Origin: Lophium mytilinum
Taxonomy: Eukaryota
Length of the DNA stretch: 64,000 nucleotides
Direction: 5' to 3'
NCBI GenBank assembly: GCA_010093605.1
Contig: MU004186.1
Span: forward strand, 1,034,616 to 1,098,615
Shown here piece by piece: positions 11,450-21,804 of this stretch (within the stretch, counting starts at the first letter, position 1; each line of letters opens with the position of its first letter). The position numbers were made by a program, and so were the translations under genes. The notes beneath the pieces are model-generated. The model had not been told where the DNA came from. It did no database searches and worked only from the letters and a program-made list of their open reading frames with translations.

Positions 11450-12011
11450 ATTGAATTTACGGACGGGAAAAGCGGCGCAATAGAAATAAGGTTGAGATTA
11501 CTTTGAGATTACTGCGGAGTAATATATACGAAGACCCCGCATCCTCCATGATTCCGTGTGAACGGACTTGACTTCACGGTATTCATTCGTGTGGGGATAG
11601 GAAGTCGCTGTGATGAGGAAACTCGTTAGTAACTGCGGGCGTGAGAAAAGTCTGACTGGCTGTTGACCCATCTCCGACGGGTCACGTGACAGACATACGA
11701 TGGCTGGTAGGTAATATCTCCTGAAAACCCCAAATAAAACTACTAATGACTGAGTGAGGCTCATGTGGAGAGAGATTTTGCAATTGATTGATGAAGGGTA
11801 ATAGATCAGTTGCATGATGAAGCGCGTTGTTGAATTTCCACGTCTAGTAATCGTACAGTTCCTGAAAAGCCGTGCAAGATCTACTGACGCTCCCACCGCT
11901 CTCGTCGTTAGAAAATAATCCCACCAGATTGAGGGAAATCATGGCGGTAGCTCGGTAAGTATAGGGTTATTTTCGCAGAAAGAACGATCCAACGCGACAT
12001 GCTCAGATCCT

Positions 12012-13178
12012 TCATACGGCATGGCTTGACAAAACTACGAAAGAACTCTTGCTTCCGCAAGCAACGCTGCAAACCACCGACCCATGAAACACCGGTATCT
12101 CAGTCAGATCCTCAACGAAGTCCACTCTCTTCCCAAAACCCAGCTGGCCGAAGTGACCTTGGCCGCATGCAAGCACAGCTCTTTGGATTTTTGAGTTGCA
12201 TGCATCGCTTCTTGCCGCAACGATCAGATGGCCTGCACCGATGCCAAAGTCGACCACTTCGGCCTCAATCCCACCGATCCGAACGTCGACGACATGGACG
12301 TAAGTATCATCATCTTCACTCTTCAGTGCGGAGATCTTGTTCTCAAATCCTGGCTCTGTTCGACCCCAGATGTACAACTCCCTTCCGTCCATATCAGAGC
12401 CAACAGCGCCACTCATCCATCCTCCAGATGCAACTTTCTTGATGCGTATTCCTTCGATATACGGAATACGCGCTGGAGTAGTAGCCGGTGTATCTTTGTC
12501 AACCCCACGCCCAAGACACTGGGGATAACGCGGATCACCCCATGTGAAGACTTCTCCGTTGTCAAGCAGTAGCGTGAAAAACGTAGCGCCGGCCTCAAGT
12601 TGCATAGGCCTTGATCTCGTGAAACTGCGGCCGACGAGCTCGAGCAGCTCTTCTGAATTTGTGAGAGCCAATTCTGGGGTCGACTGGACGGGATGATAGA
12701 CATGGCGATGCCACTCTTCGAAATGCTCGATATTGTCGAATTCTTTGAGATATGACCCTTCGATAGCAACATCGCACGCAGTGCAGTAATTAATGACGGC
12801 AACTTTCCCATTTCCTGCAACGGCGACGACCGGAGTGACGAAAGATATCCTTCCAACTTTTGAAACGTCGCTGGTGGCTATATAGCCTCGAAGGCCGTCG
12901 TCGTTGCCGTAATACGCGTAATTTCGCGAGCCCTCGTATCCCAGTTTACTGAAATCCATGCGATTCGCGTTGCGGTTCGCGTCGCCATAGTATCTGGTTT
13001 TGGCGGCAGCGTGTCCTAGATACATGAGAGTACCCGCCCATGAAGCCCATAAGACCTTCGGCTCAATGTTATCAGTCGAGCCAGCCATTTTCTGAGGCTC
13101 AAGAATGTCGGCGCGTTGATTTGGGAGGGGACACAACTGACCCAGGGCGTTGAAGCCCCAGGAGTAAACGTCGAACAT
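12012..13178 (-). CDS. RCC1/BLIP-II repeat protein
   Basis: VYSWGFNALGQL, VFTWGDPRYPQCLGR, LYIWG, ACGQGHFGQLG, VACGSKSS repeats. Confidence 0.85.
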   Translation of the reverse strand: MFDVYSWGFNALGQLCPLPNQRADILEPQKMAGSTDNIEPKVLWASWAGTLMYLGHAAAKTRYYGDANRNANRMDFSKLGYEGSRNYAYYGNDDGLRGYIATSDVSKVGRISFVTPVVAVAGNGKVAVINYCTACDVAIEGSYLKEFDNIEHFEEWHRHVYHPVQSTPELALTNSEELLELVGRSFTRSRPMQLEAGATFFTLLLDNGEVFTWGDPRYPQCLGRGVDKDTPATTPARIPYIEGIRIKKVASGGWMSGAVGSDMDGRELYIWGRTEPGFENKISALKSEDDDTYVHVVDVRIGGIEAEVVDFGIGAGHLIVAARSDACNSKIQRAVLACGQGHFGQLGFGKRVDFVEDLTEIPVFHGSVVCSVACGSKSSFVVLSSHAV

Positions 13179-13413
13179 GCTTGATTTCCGCGAAGAGAGG
13201 GGTCTGCTGCGTTCGCTGCATCTTATATCCGTTTAGTACAGTTGCAGGTGAAGGAGCAACTGTCAGGGGTGGACCAACGAGCTATCAGGCTTGCTAAAAC
13301 TGACGCTTCACCCCATTTGATAATGTTTGAAGAAGTCCAGAGAGTGAATGTTTTTCTGAGAACATGTGGACTTGGCATGTAGTCGCGGACTGCCACTTTA
13401 TGTTCAAGGGGTA

Positions 13414-13638
13414 CCGTGTTCTTTCTGCCAACTTAGAAGCCACGCTTGGCACGCTATCTTAAGCATAGATTTCAAGCGTATCAGGTCAGCGGCAGCGACT
13501 TGAATTGTGGGCCACCCGCCCCTGAGCCAGTCTGATATCTCCGCTAGGAGTCCGCTAGGATCCACTCCCGACGCCCTTGAGTTTAGGGGATCGACTAGCG
13601 TGCCAAGCGTGGCTTCTGAGTTGGCAGAAAGAACACGG
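13414..13638. mobile_element. MITE (Tc1/mariner-type, TA target-site duplication), 225 bp
   Basis: 43-bp TIRs 13414-13456 and 13596-13638 (CCGTGTTCTTTCTGCCAAC...), one mismatch; TA at 13412-13413 and 13639-13640; no coding capacity. Confidence 0.9.
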
Positions 13639-14580
13639 TAGCAGGAAATGAGTTCCTAATGCCTTGGCTACTTGGAAGTCTAAACTACGTAGTTCTTTTG
13701 CCAGTAACGTTGGTAGGATTAGAGTTTCCTTACACCTGCTTGTGGTGCTAATAGAAATATAGGGTGACGGGCTCCAGACCCAATCTAGACACCCTTTACT
13801 ACCACTATCTCATACCCCCTATATCTAGGAACAGTCTCAGGCTTGCTAAAATAACGAAGTTGGTATTCCCCTTGAATTGCTGAAAGTTCTCCAAACGGAG
13901 CTAGAACTGGGTTGGCAAACTAACGTCCTGAAACATTGGGTTCATGAGCTTGCCCACTACTTCGAATACATCAGGAGCTACAGAGAGCGTCGCTCACATT
14001 AAATCTCCTTGTTCTCGGAACTCGATTCGCGAGGCTGAATATCACTCTCTCTCCGTAACTGTAACAAGCCCTACAGCAATTAACGGACACGCCATGCAGT
14101 CTGTGAAACTAAATCGATTAGATGTCTGTGCAGATATGATTACCGCTGTCTTGACTCTCTCAATACCCGCATGGAATATTTAATCACACTGTCGGAACGA
14201 ACTGTAAGACTATTTGGGCCATCTGAAACTGCGTGATTTTGCGGAGTCATTTGTGTATGTGGAAAAAGCCGGCGTGTCGATACTTGTGTCCTCGGACTGT
14301 TGTGAAAAGGCGAGACCGAATCTAGAAATTATAAAGGGGCATGTGTCCCACGATATCTCAAGTACGTCAGACATTCTAGAGCTCTATACTTTGAGTTCCA
14401 CAATTGTCATTCTACAGATAGTATACAGTTGCAGCCTCTCTGAGGAATCGGCTACTTACGTGATATCACACATGCTACTCCAGTCGTGTTGCAGCAGGTG
14501 CTATTCTTCGCATGCTCCAAACAGACTTACTACTGCAGCATACACGGCCTCAATGTCCGCCGTCGTATTTTTTTACCACT

Positions 14581-15267
14581 TTACGCAGCCTGCAATTCAA
14601 CATCTTCAGCTTCTAATTCTGCCTCCACTTCCGCCTCTTGTTGCCTGTTCCTGGTATTTTGGTCTAGCCTTCCCCAGTGCTTATCAACCTCCTCTTTCGA
14701 CAAACCCAGCGCCAGTGCCTCTAACCGCAGCCTCTCCCTCACACTCTCTTCCTGCATCAGCCGCCACCTGAGTTTCCACCCCAGCTCCCCCAGTTCCTTC
14801 ACCCGGTTCTCTTTATCCTTGAGCAGGTACTCGTCCAGCCCACCTGACTTATCAATCGTCCGCAGTACTCTCGCCGAAACTCGTAGCTTCACCATCTTCC
14901 GCAGTGCGACACTGTACAACGACTTATTGAGAATGTTCGGCTTCCACGACCGCCGCGTATGGGTCTCTGTTCGCTTTGATACATTGTTGCCGAAATGGAT
15001 GCGCGTACCGCCGTAGAGGCCTCTGTTGGACTGCTTGTAGAGGAGCGCCGGGCCGTAGGGGTATGCGGGGATGGGAGCGTCGGCGGGGATGATGGCCGCG
15101 GGCTTGTATTTACGGAATTTGCCTTTGCCGGTCACGAGGTCGGAGTGGATGGGTTTCTTTGGCTTGCTGTAGCTGAGGAGGGGGGTGCTGGTGAAGGTTC
15201 GGATTATGGTGATGAGGGTTTTGTGAAGGGAGAGGGTAGGCCGGTGCAATCGGGCATGGAACGCCAT
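14581..15267 (-). CDS. MRPL24: Mitochondrial ribosomal protein bL28m
   Basis: YKQSNRGLYGG, FGNNVS, TRRSWKPN, VLRTIDKSGGLDEYLL motifs; presequence-like N-terminus. Confidence 0.92.
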   Translation of the reverse strand: MAFHARLHRPTLSLHKTLITIIRTFTSTPLLSYSKPKKPIHSDLVTGKGKFRKYKPAAIIPADAPIPAYPYGPALLYKQSNRGLYGGTRIHFGNNVSKRTETHTRRSWKPNILNKSLYSVALRKMVKLRVSARVLRTIDKSGGLDEYLLKDKENRVKELGELGWKLRWRLMQEESVRERLRLEALALGLSKEEVDKHWGRLDQNTRNRQQEAEVEAELEAEDVELQAA

Positions 15268-15585
15268 TCTGGTAGATGCGTTGTGTGGCCAGCTGGATGA
15301 GGTCGCGGCGGAGCGCTGACCGCGGTGTAGATTGGTCGTGGTGTCGGGTGGCCCGACGATGGGATGGATTGAGGTTCTGGAAGTTTTAGACGCGCGACTA
15401 AGCTTAGGCGATAGGGCTGAACTTCTTTAGATCTGACTTCACAGCTCCAAACAAGCAGCGCATACTTTCCTTCTCCGGCTCGAGAGCAATCAACAAGCAG
15501 TAGCCCGATCTTACCACAATCGCCCCTCATTTCTTCCAGACATTGACGCCTTCTGCCCCTCACACCTCACGAAATATCCACAACG

Positions 15586-16299
15586 ATGGCTTCTCTCCAA
15601 GAACGCCCACCACCGACCACTGCCTCAATAGCCATAGCTTGCGCAATCATCGGCGGAGTCACTGGGTACTTCTTGGGACAAGGGGCTTCGATCGGGCTGT
15701 TCGGGGGTAGCTCGAGCCAGAAGCCAGGCCATTCGAAAGAAAAGCTGGACGAGGATGAGGAAGACGAGGACGAGAGTTCAAGCGACGAGGCCGAAGTTAC
15801 GTCAGCGCAGAAGAACTTCATGGCTAAGGATGCACATATCAAGGAGGAATGCAAGCTCGTCTTAGTGGTCAGGACGGATTTGGGCATGACAAAAGGTACG
15901 CCCAGGCGCACAAGAACACTCGCATTCTCCCCAATCTCTAAAGCTGCCTTTCAAAGTTTGGGATACGGGATGCTGATACAATAATTTCCAGGCAAAATTG
16001 GCGCACAGTGTGGTCATGCAACCCTTGCCTGCTACAAATACTTCCTCCGCAACTCTCCAGACTCGCCAATCCTTCGTAATTGGGAAAGATACGGGCAGAC
16101 AAAGGTCGCAGTACAGGTCAAGAGCGAGGAGGAGCTAGAGATACTGCAGGCTCAGGCAATGAGCTTAGGGCTATGCGCTCAGATCATACATGATGCGGGC
16201 AGGACACAGATCGCGAGTGGCAGTGCGACTGTACTAGGGATTGGTCCTGCACCGAAGAGCGTCGTGGATCAAGTCACTGGGGGCCTGAAGCTTTTGTGA
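15586..16299 (+). CDS. PTH2: Peptidyl-tRNA hydrolase 2 (two exons)
   Basis: EECKLVLVVRTDLGMTKG|KIGAQCGHA...WERYGQTKV...DAGRTQIASGSATVLGIGPAP; intron ~15897-15991; stop TGA 16297-16299. Confidence 0.95.
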
Positions 16300-16729
16300 A
16301 AGTGATGCTCGCATGCGAGGTTCGGAGTGGCATGGGGAATGGAGTCGAGGGTGTTGGAGGCCTTGGGTTCTAAGCATTTGTATGGCGTTCAACGAAAGGC
16401 ATGGAAATGAATACATGAGAGATATTGGCCAGGATACAGTAGGGTATCTTGCCATAAATTTGTATGCACTCACGCACTATATCGGGTCAGTTTGGCGTGC
16501 TTTCAGTACAACTTCAAGCATTTCAATGCTTGCAATTGTATCATCTGCCCAGTTTGATGAATCGCCGCTCAGCCAACGTGATATCATAGCTACACAGCAA
16601 TACACGCATCAAGCAGCGCCGATGAATGCGCACAGGTAGATGATGAGGCGCGTACTAGGTTTCTTATTATAAAGTTGTCCTCGCATGCAAGTCGAACTTG
16701 CGACAAACTGTCGGTCCTCGAAAAGATAA

Positions 16730-17010
16730 TATTGTAGGCTGAATGGGTTTTTCCCAGACTTCACTAGCCGACGGCCGTCAGTAAAGGGATCGGAGATCAG
16801 ACGCCCAGGCATGCTCGCCCTCCACCGAAATCAAGCCCCCGAAAGGGCGACCTCAGGCTTTGAGAAAGCATCCAACTTGTTCTGAGACCTGTCGACCGGA
16901 AGATTGACATCATGGTGTAAAAGATGGCTCCATAGGTACGGTCGAACTGTCGAGTTGTCGACCGACAGCCCTCGAAAGGGCGCCGAGACATCAAGACACA
17001 GGTCTGTGGA
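16730..17010 (-). ncRNA. Candidate box H/ACA snoRNA (~280 nt)
   Basis: On the minus strand: hairpin 1 closed by AGACCTGT/ACAGGTCT (17005-16998 with 16892-16885), H box AGAACA (16883-16878), hairpin 2 closed by GTTGGATG/CATTCAGC (16876-16869 with 16745-16738), ACA at 16735-16733 then AT-rich tail; internal UUCG-type tetraloop hairpins. Confidence 0.6.
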
Positions 17011-17220
17011 TGAAGAAGAACAGAAAGGCGCATTGGAGAACTTTTTGTAGGGCGGGTGGCCTTAGCGCCGCCAAGACTGCAGGGATTAAAACATTAGCGC
17101 ACCAGGCGCCATCGTCAACTTCAACCTCACTCGAAGCCTCACCTCGCTCCACCACCTCTCCCACAAACCCGCGTACCGCTACCACACCCTCCAACGCTGC
17201 TCTCATCAGAGACCGCCATC

Positions 17221-19212
17221 ATGGATATCGTTTCCATCGAAGAGGCGAACAAGATTCGCGTGGCCATGGGGATGAAGCCCCTCCCCGTGCCAGGCGCAGC
17301 CGCTCCAGGACCTGTCTTTAGGGAGGCTGACGACGGCGACGATTCCGAAGACGACCCAGCAAGCACCATCGAGACCCGTACAGCCGCGGCCTACGACAAC
17401 TACCAGAAGCTGCAAGACGAAGCTGCGGCGAAGAAGGAACGCGACGCGAAGAAAGCCGCCATCAAGAAGGCCCGGGACAACGCGCAGCGTTTTGCCGCGC
17501 TGGAAGGCAAGGGCCTTGCGGACGAAGACGAGGACCTGGATACTAAGAGCTGGCTGCTCTCATCAAAGAAAAGACAGAAGAAGATCGAGAAGGCCAGGAA
17601 GCTCGCCTCAGAAATGGAGGAGCGTGAGAGGCAGGCGCTAGCTGCTACTGAATACACAGCTGCAGACCTGGCAGGCGTCAAAGTCGGGCACGAGGTCGAC
17701 GAATTCGGCGATGGCCAGGACGAGATTCTAGTCCTAGCCGATGGTGCTGTGACTGACGACGAGGCTGAGGACCAGCTCGAGTCAGGGAATCTCAGGGAGA
17801 AGGAGAGACTCAAGGAAAAGCTCGATAGCAAAAAGAGGAAGCGGGTGTACGATCCGAATGATCAAGACGAAGGCGAAAGCTCCGTATTGGCCCAATACGA
17901 CGAGGAGATCTCAGGCAAGAAGAAGAAGGCATTCACTCTCGACGGAAAGGGAAGGACGGTTGAAGAGGCCACTATGGCAAACACAGTCTCGTCAAAACCG
18001 AAAAAGGGAACAGCTTTCAGCTTGGACGATATCTTCAAGGACGAAACACCCATCTCCGACTACATGGACGTATCGAAAATCAAAGTCAAGAAGCCTAAGA
18101 AGAAGAAGAAGGAGTCCCGCAAGAGGGTGATCGACGAAGAAGACATTTTCGCAGTCGCTGAAGCAGCTTCACCCGCGAATGACGTCGAGGATGGCGCGAT
18201 GGATATCGATACTCCGAACCAGGCCGCACTCGTTCCACAGCGAAAGAAGCCTACATTTGACGATGCTTTTGTAGATGATGACGACCTCCAGGCTCAACTT
18301 GCGATGCAAAGAAGGGCTGCCCTCAAGAAGCGCAAGAAGATGCGTCCTGAGGACCTACTCCGCCAAATGCAAGAAGAGGAATCGGCCACACCTGATGTTA
18401 TGGAGACTACTGAGGACGGCGAGGATGGTCCTGGACTAGTCATCGACGAGACTTCGGAATTTATTGCCAACTTCCAGAAACCGGCGGAAGCAAAAGCTCG
18501 GCCAGATAAGGGGCGTCCGTCGATGAGCCCAGACTCTCCTGCGGCTAATGCTGAAGATGACTTCGACATGGCTGACGCAACTGTGGTTCGAGAGGGACGC
18601 TCACGCACGCGCAGTGTATCCGTAGAGATGCCTACAACTGGCCTGGACGATGAAACGACTTTGGACAAGGGTATTGGTGCAGCTCTTACGCTTTTGAGGC
18701 AGCGTGGTATCGTGCAGGGTGGCGATGCCGGGGACCTGAACACTGCTACGCGTGAGCGCCATCGCTTCTTGGGAGAAAAGCAGAAGGCCGAGGACGCAGC
18801 CGAGAGAAAGGCCAGGGATCAGCGAGAACAGGACCGGAAGTCTGGACGCTTGGATCGGATGAATGCTCAGGATAGGGAGGCCTATGCTCGCTCAACGAAT
18901 CTAGCCCGCGAACACGCCGAAGCGCGGAAGCAGGCTGAAATGTACAAGACCTACACGCCAACCTTCGAACTTAAGTACACGGATGAGCACGGGAGGAACA
19001 TGGACCAAAAGGAAGCCTTCCGCCATCTGTCTCACCAGTTCCACGGGAAGGGTTCTGGCAAGATGAAGACGGAGAAGCATATCTCAAAGATCGAAGCCGA
19101 GAAGAAGAGGTTGGCGGCTAGCACTTTGGACGCCAGTCAGCACACGGGCATGTCGAGTGCACAAGGTGTCCAGGCGAAGAAGCACAAACAAGCTGGTGTA
19201 CGCTTGCAGTAG
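17221..19212 (+). CDS. SNU66: SART-1 family U4/U6.U5 tri-snRNP protein
   Basis: N-terminal HIND-like SIEEANKIRVAMGMKPL; C-terminal KEAFRHLSHQFHGKGSGKMKTEK; intronless 663-aa ORF. Confidence 0.95.
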   Translation: MDIVSIEEANKIRVAMGMKPLPVPGAAAPGPVFREADDGDDSEDDPASTIETRTAAAYDNYQKLQDEAAAKKERDAKKAAIKKARDNAQRFAALEGKGLADEDEDLDTKSWLLSSKKRQKKIEKARKLASEMEERERQALAATEYTAADLAGVKVGHEVDEFGDGQDEILVLADGAVTDDEAEDQLESGNLREKERLKEKLDSKKRKRVYDPNDQDEGESSVLAQYDEEISGKKKKAFTLDGKGRTVEEATMANTVSSKPKKGTAFSLDDIFKDETPISDYMDVSKIKVKKPKKKKKESRKRVIDEEDIFAVAEAASPANDVEDGAMDIDTPNQAALVPQRKKPTFDDAFVDDDDLQAQLAMQRRAALKKRKKMRPEDLLRQMQEEESATPDVMETTEDGEDGPGLVIDETSEFIANFQKPAEAKARPDKGRPSMSPDSPAANAEDDFDMADATVVREGRSRTRSVSVEMPTTGLDDETTLDKGIGAALTLLRQRGIVQGGDAGDLNTATRERHRFLGEKQKAEDAAERKARDQREQDRKSGRLDRMNAQDREAYARSTNLAREHAEARKQAEMYKTYTPTFELKYTDEHGRNMDQKEAFRHLSHQFHGKGSGKMKTEKHISKIEAEKKRLAASTLDASQHTGMSSAQGVQAKKHKQAGVRLQ

Positions 19213-19901
19213 GGTGGACGACTGGGGCCTTCAGGATGTACTGCTACATGGCAGTTCAGTGACCGGTGGCAAGTCTCCTGACATACCCCCGGATCTCATT
19301 AAAACTCACCGGGTATCTACCACATTTCCATGCGACACTCTTAGGTAACCTCATAGGTCTAGACACCAACACATTAGAACATTGCTAACTCTACACCTTT
19401 GCCAACTCAGGATTTGAGTAACGGCTCAGGTTCGAAAAGTAAGGACATTGCGTGGTCGAGGTTCGCGCTGAGAAACTCTTAGCGTTGGAATAGGCTTTTT
19501 GGGGTTTCGGGAGACTTCGGGCTTAGTATTGTACTTATACTTCTTTTGAGGTCAGTATACTCGGAGAATGCACAAATTGAAAATGCTGATGATTTGGAAT
19601 GCGATGACCGGCGGCTTCGGAAAGGAAGGTCACTTCGGTCGCAGTAGCTATGGCAGCCTAGGATGGCACAAATACAAGTATATCATATCTCCAGAATAGG
19701 TCAGAAAGTGTTCCACCTTTGTCAAAAGTGCCTTAATTTACTGTATAGGAAGAGGAACACCATAGAGTCTAAGCAACGCTCTAGCATGTGAGTACACAAG
19801 TCTGCTTATGATACTATTGACCTGTTGTCCGCACAACTTGGGTACAGCTTTAGACTCATACATCCCTCCTTACCACGTCCGCTCCCATGTATGGGCTACT
19901 C

Positions 19902-21311
19902 TCATCCTGGAAGTTGTCCAAAATTTATTCCGAACTCCCTCATGGGCCTGCGAAGCTCTGGGGAAAGCGCCATTATCTCGTAAAATAGTTCGAAGATGGT
20001 GACGATTACCTCACACGAGTCCGGAAAGAGGTCTTGGCCCAGGCCTCTTGTATGATGGAATATTTCATTGACAAGCGGGCCGAAATTCTTGAGCGTGCGA
20101 CACATAGCCAAGAATGCCAGCATCGGCCGGAGCAGCGGACTGTCGTGCCTAGGCGTAAGAAAGATCTCGCTTCGCAACCGATCTGCTGGCACTGTGAAGA
20201 CCTCTCGACACATTGGGCAAGTGTTTCGTGACGCAAACCAGGCCCTCAAACACTCGCGGCCGAAGATGTGCGAGCATTTGTTTGTTTTGACCCAGTTGGC
20301 AGCGTTGTGTGCTTCGAGACATATGTCGCAGTTTCCAGGTCCAGGCGTTGTCGGCGATGTGACCATATCTAAGATACTCCAATCCTCATTGTGTATCTCC
20401 ACGAACGAGTGTTTGCTGATGATACGCACTTTTTGAAGTTCCCTTCTGCCCAAGACCGCTAGATCATCCCGAATTTTCCTCAAGGGCCTCGATAGTAATT
20501 GAAATATCAAGGTACAGTCACGCCTCAGATCTCTCCGACACTCTTCCACCCATGGTTCTGCCCTCTCGTCCGCCCATGTTTCTCCCATCTCTTCCAAATC
20601 ACGGATGTGCTGTAGCTCGTCCTGCATGCCCATCATTAAGAAGATAGCAGGCGGGATGAGAGACCCATCAACGCTCCAATTGACTCCTTGAAATATGAGT
20701 TGCCAGAAGCAATTCGTAAGGGTCAAGAACTCGACCTTGTCCGCTGGCCATTCTCTATTGCCATCATAGCAGGCCTCATAGAAGTAGTCTTCAATATTCC
20801 GCCCTTGTTCGTTGAGCCGCCGTACATGCGGCTCCCACTTCCGTCGTAGGTGATGCCAATTGAAGTTCTTCAAGTAGTCTTCTGTCAGCCTCAACACGTT
20901 CGACGAGAGACCCACATAAGGCCTCTGCTCGCGTCTCAGCAATGCGAGAAACATGATACGGTTATAATTTGGACGCCAGCGATGGACCCCTTCCTCCAGG
21001 AATCCTTGTACTCGCTCCATCTCGCTCGTTGGTATGCGCGCTGCTTGGTCGTACAGAGAATCGTTCTCGCGATATGTCGCGAATGTTTCGAGGATGTCCG
21101 CTGAGGACGATCTAGTCCGCTCCACGTCGCGGTGAATCTCTGTAGGCCATTTATCGCGAGGTTCTGCCCATACCTTCCGCACAAAGATGTCGATGCCACG
21201 GAGGGCAGCGTTGGGGTTGTTGGCGTACGACAATGAGTCTTCGAGGAAGCGATTGATCATGGCCTGGGTGACTTGCGCAGCAATAGATGAGGTTGGGGTA
21301 ACGGAAGCCAT
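19902..21311 (-). CDS. RING-finger protein (variant RING in the C-terminal third), lineage-specific
   Basis: CDIC...CSHIFGREC...W...CPMCR; intronless 469 aa; TATAAA ~85 nt upstream of the ATG. Confidence 0.75.
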   Translation of the reverse strand: MASVTPTSSIAAQVTQAMINRFLEDSLSYANNPNAALRGIDIFVRKVWAEPRDKWPTEIHRDVERTRSSSADILETFATYRENDSLYDQAARIPTSEMERVQGFLEEGVHRWRPNYNRIMFLALLRREQRPYVGLSSNVLRLTEDYLKNFNWHHLRRKWEPHVRRLNEQGRNIEDYFYEACYDGNREWPADKVEFLTLTNCFWQLIFQGVNWSVDGSLIPPAIFLMMGMQDELQHIRDLEEMGETWADERAEPWVEECRRDLRRDCTLIFQLLSRPLRKIRDDLAVLGRRELQKVRIISKHSFVEIHNEDWSILDMVTSPTTPGPGNCDICLEAHNAANWVKTNKCSHIFGRECLRAWFASRNTCPMCREVFTVPADRLRSEIFLTPRHDSPLLRPMLAFLAMCRTLKNFGPLVNEIFHHTRGLGQDLFPDSCEVIVTIFELFYEIMALSPELRRPMREFGINFGQLPG

Positions 21312-21804
21312 GGGTGCTTCGCAGTTTACGCTTGCAATTGGGCTTGAGAGAATGCTTAGAAAGGTGTTTTACCTGCTGCAAGATTCTAATGGATTTATAG
21401 GAGTGTTGTGTATGCGTAGTGCACACTTCATCGTGGTTATGTATCAGTATTACGTGTTGTTCACTTTATGATCACGTTGGCCAGTCTACACGACACCGGG
21501 GGTGAAGGCGTAGCGCAAAGGAAAGGTAAAGTGTCAGTCTTATCCCTTTTACAAATCTGTATGACATGTCATCATTCAAGTTTAACTCGTTGTCGTATCC
21601 ACTAATAGCACAAACTATGCTAGCAAGACTTCTTACACATTCGCCAGTCCTCGCTAGCTCAAGCAAGCAATTTGAGCATGCTTCTGGACCTAGACTTCCA
21701 TCGCTGATTTATCCCTCATAAGAATAGTAAAAAGTAACATCGGCATTGAAAAAAGTCCCCAAGGTGCCGGCAGGTACTAGAGCTCCACAGCTCAAGCAAC
21801 GCCC

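Noticed and set aside
16640..16742. Plus-strand ATGATGA...CTGA as a C/D snoRNA
   Set aside because: No terminal stem, no recognisable guide, and it overlaps the H/ACA candidate's 3' end.
16730..16760. RNase P RNA (AACCCAUUCAGCCUAC resembles the CR-V motif)
   Set aside because: No matching CR-I/P4 partner or P1 end pairing found; the H box plus terminal ACA fit better.
19300..19900. tRNA genes (GGTTCG motifs near 19429 and 19460)
   Set aside because: No cloverleaf or acceptor stem could be built; no tRNA or rRNA was seen anywhere in the window.
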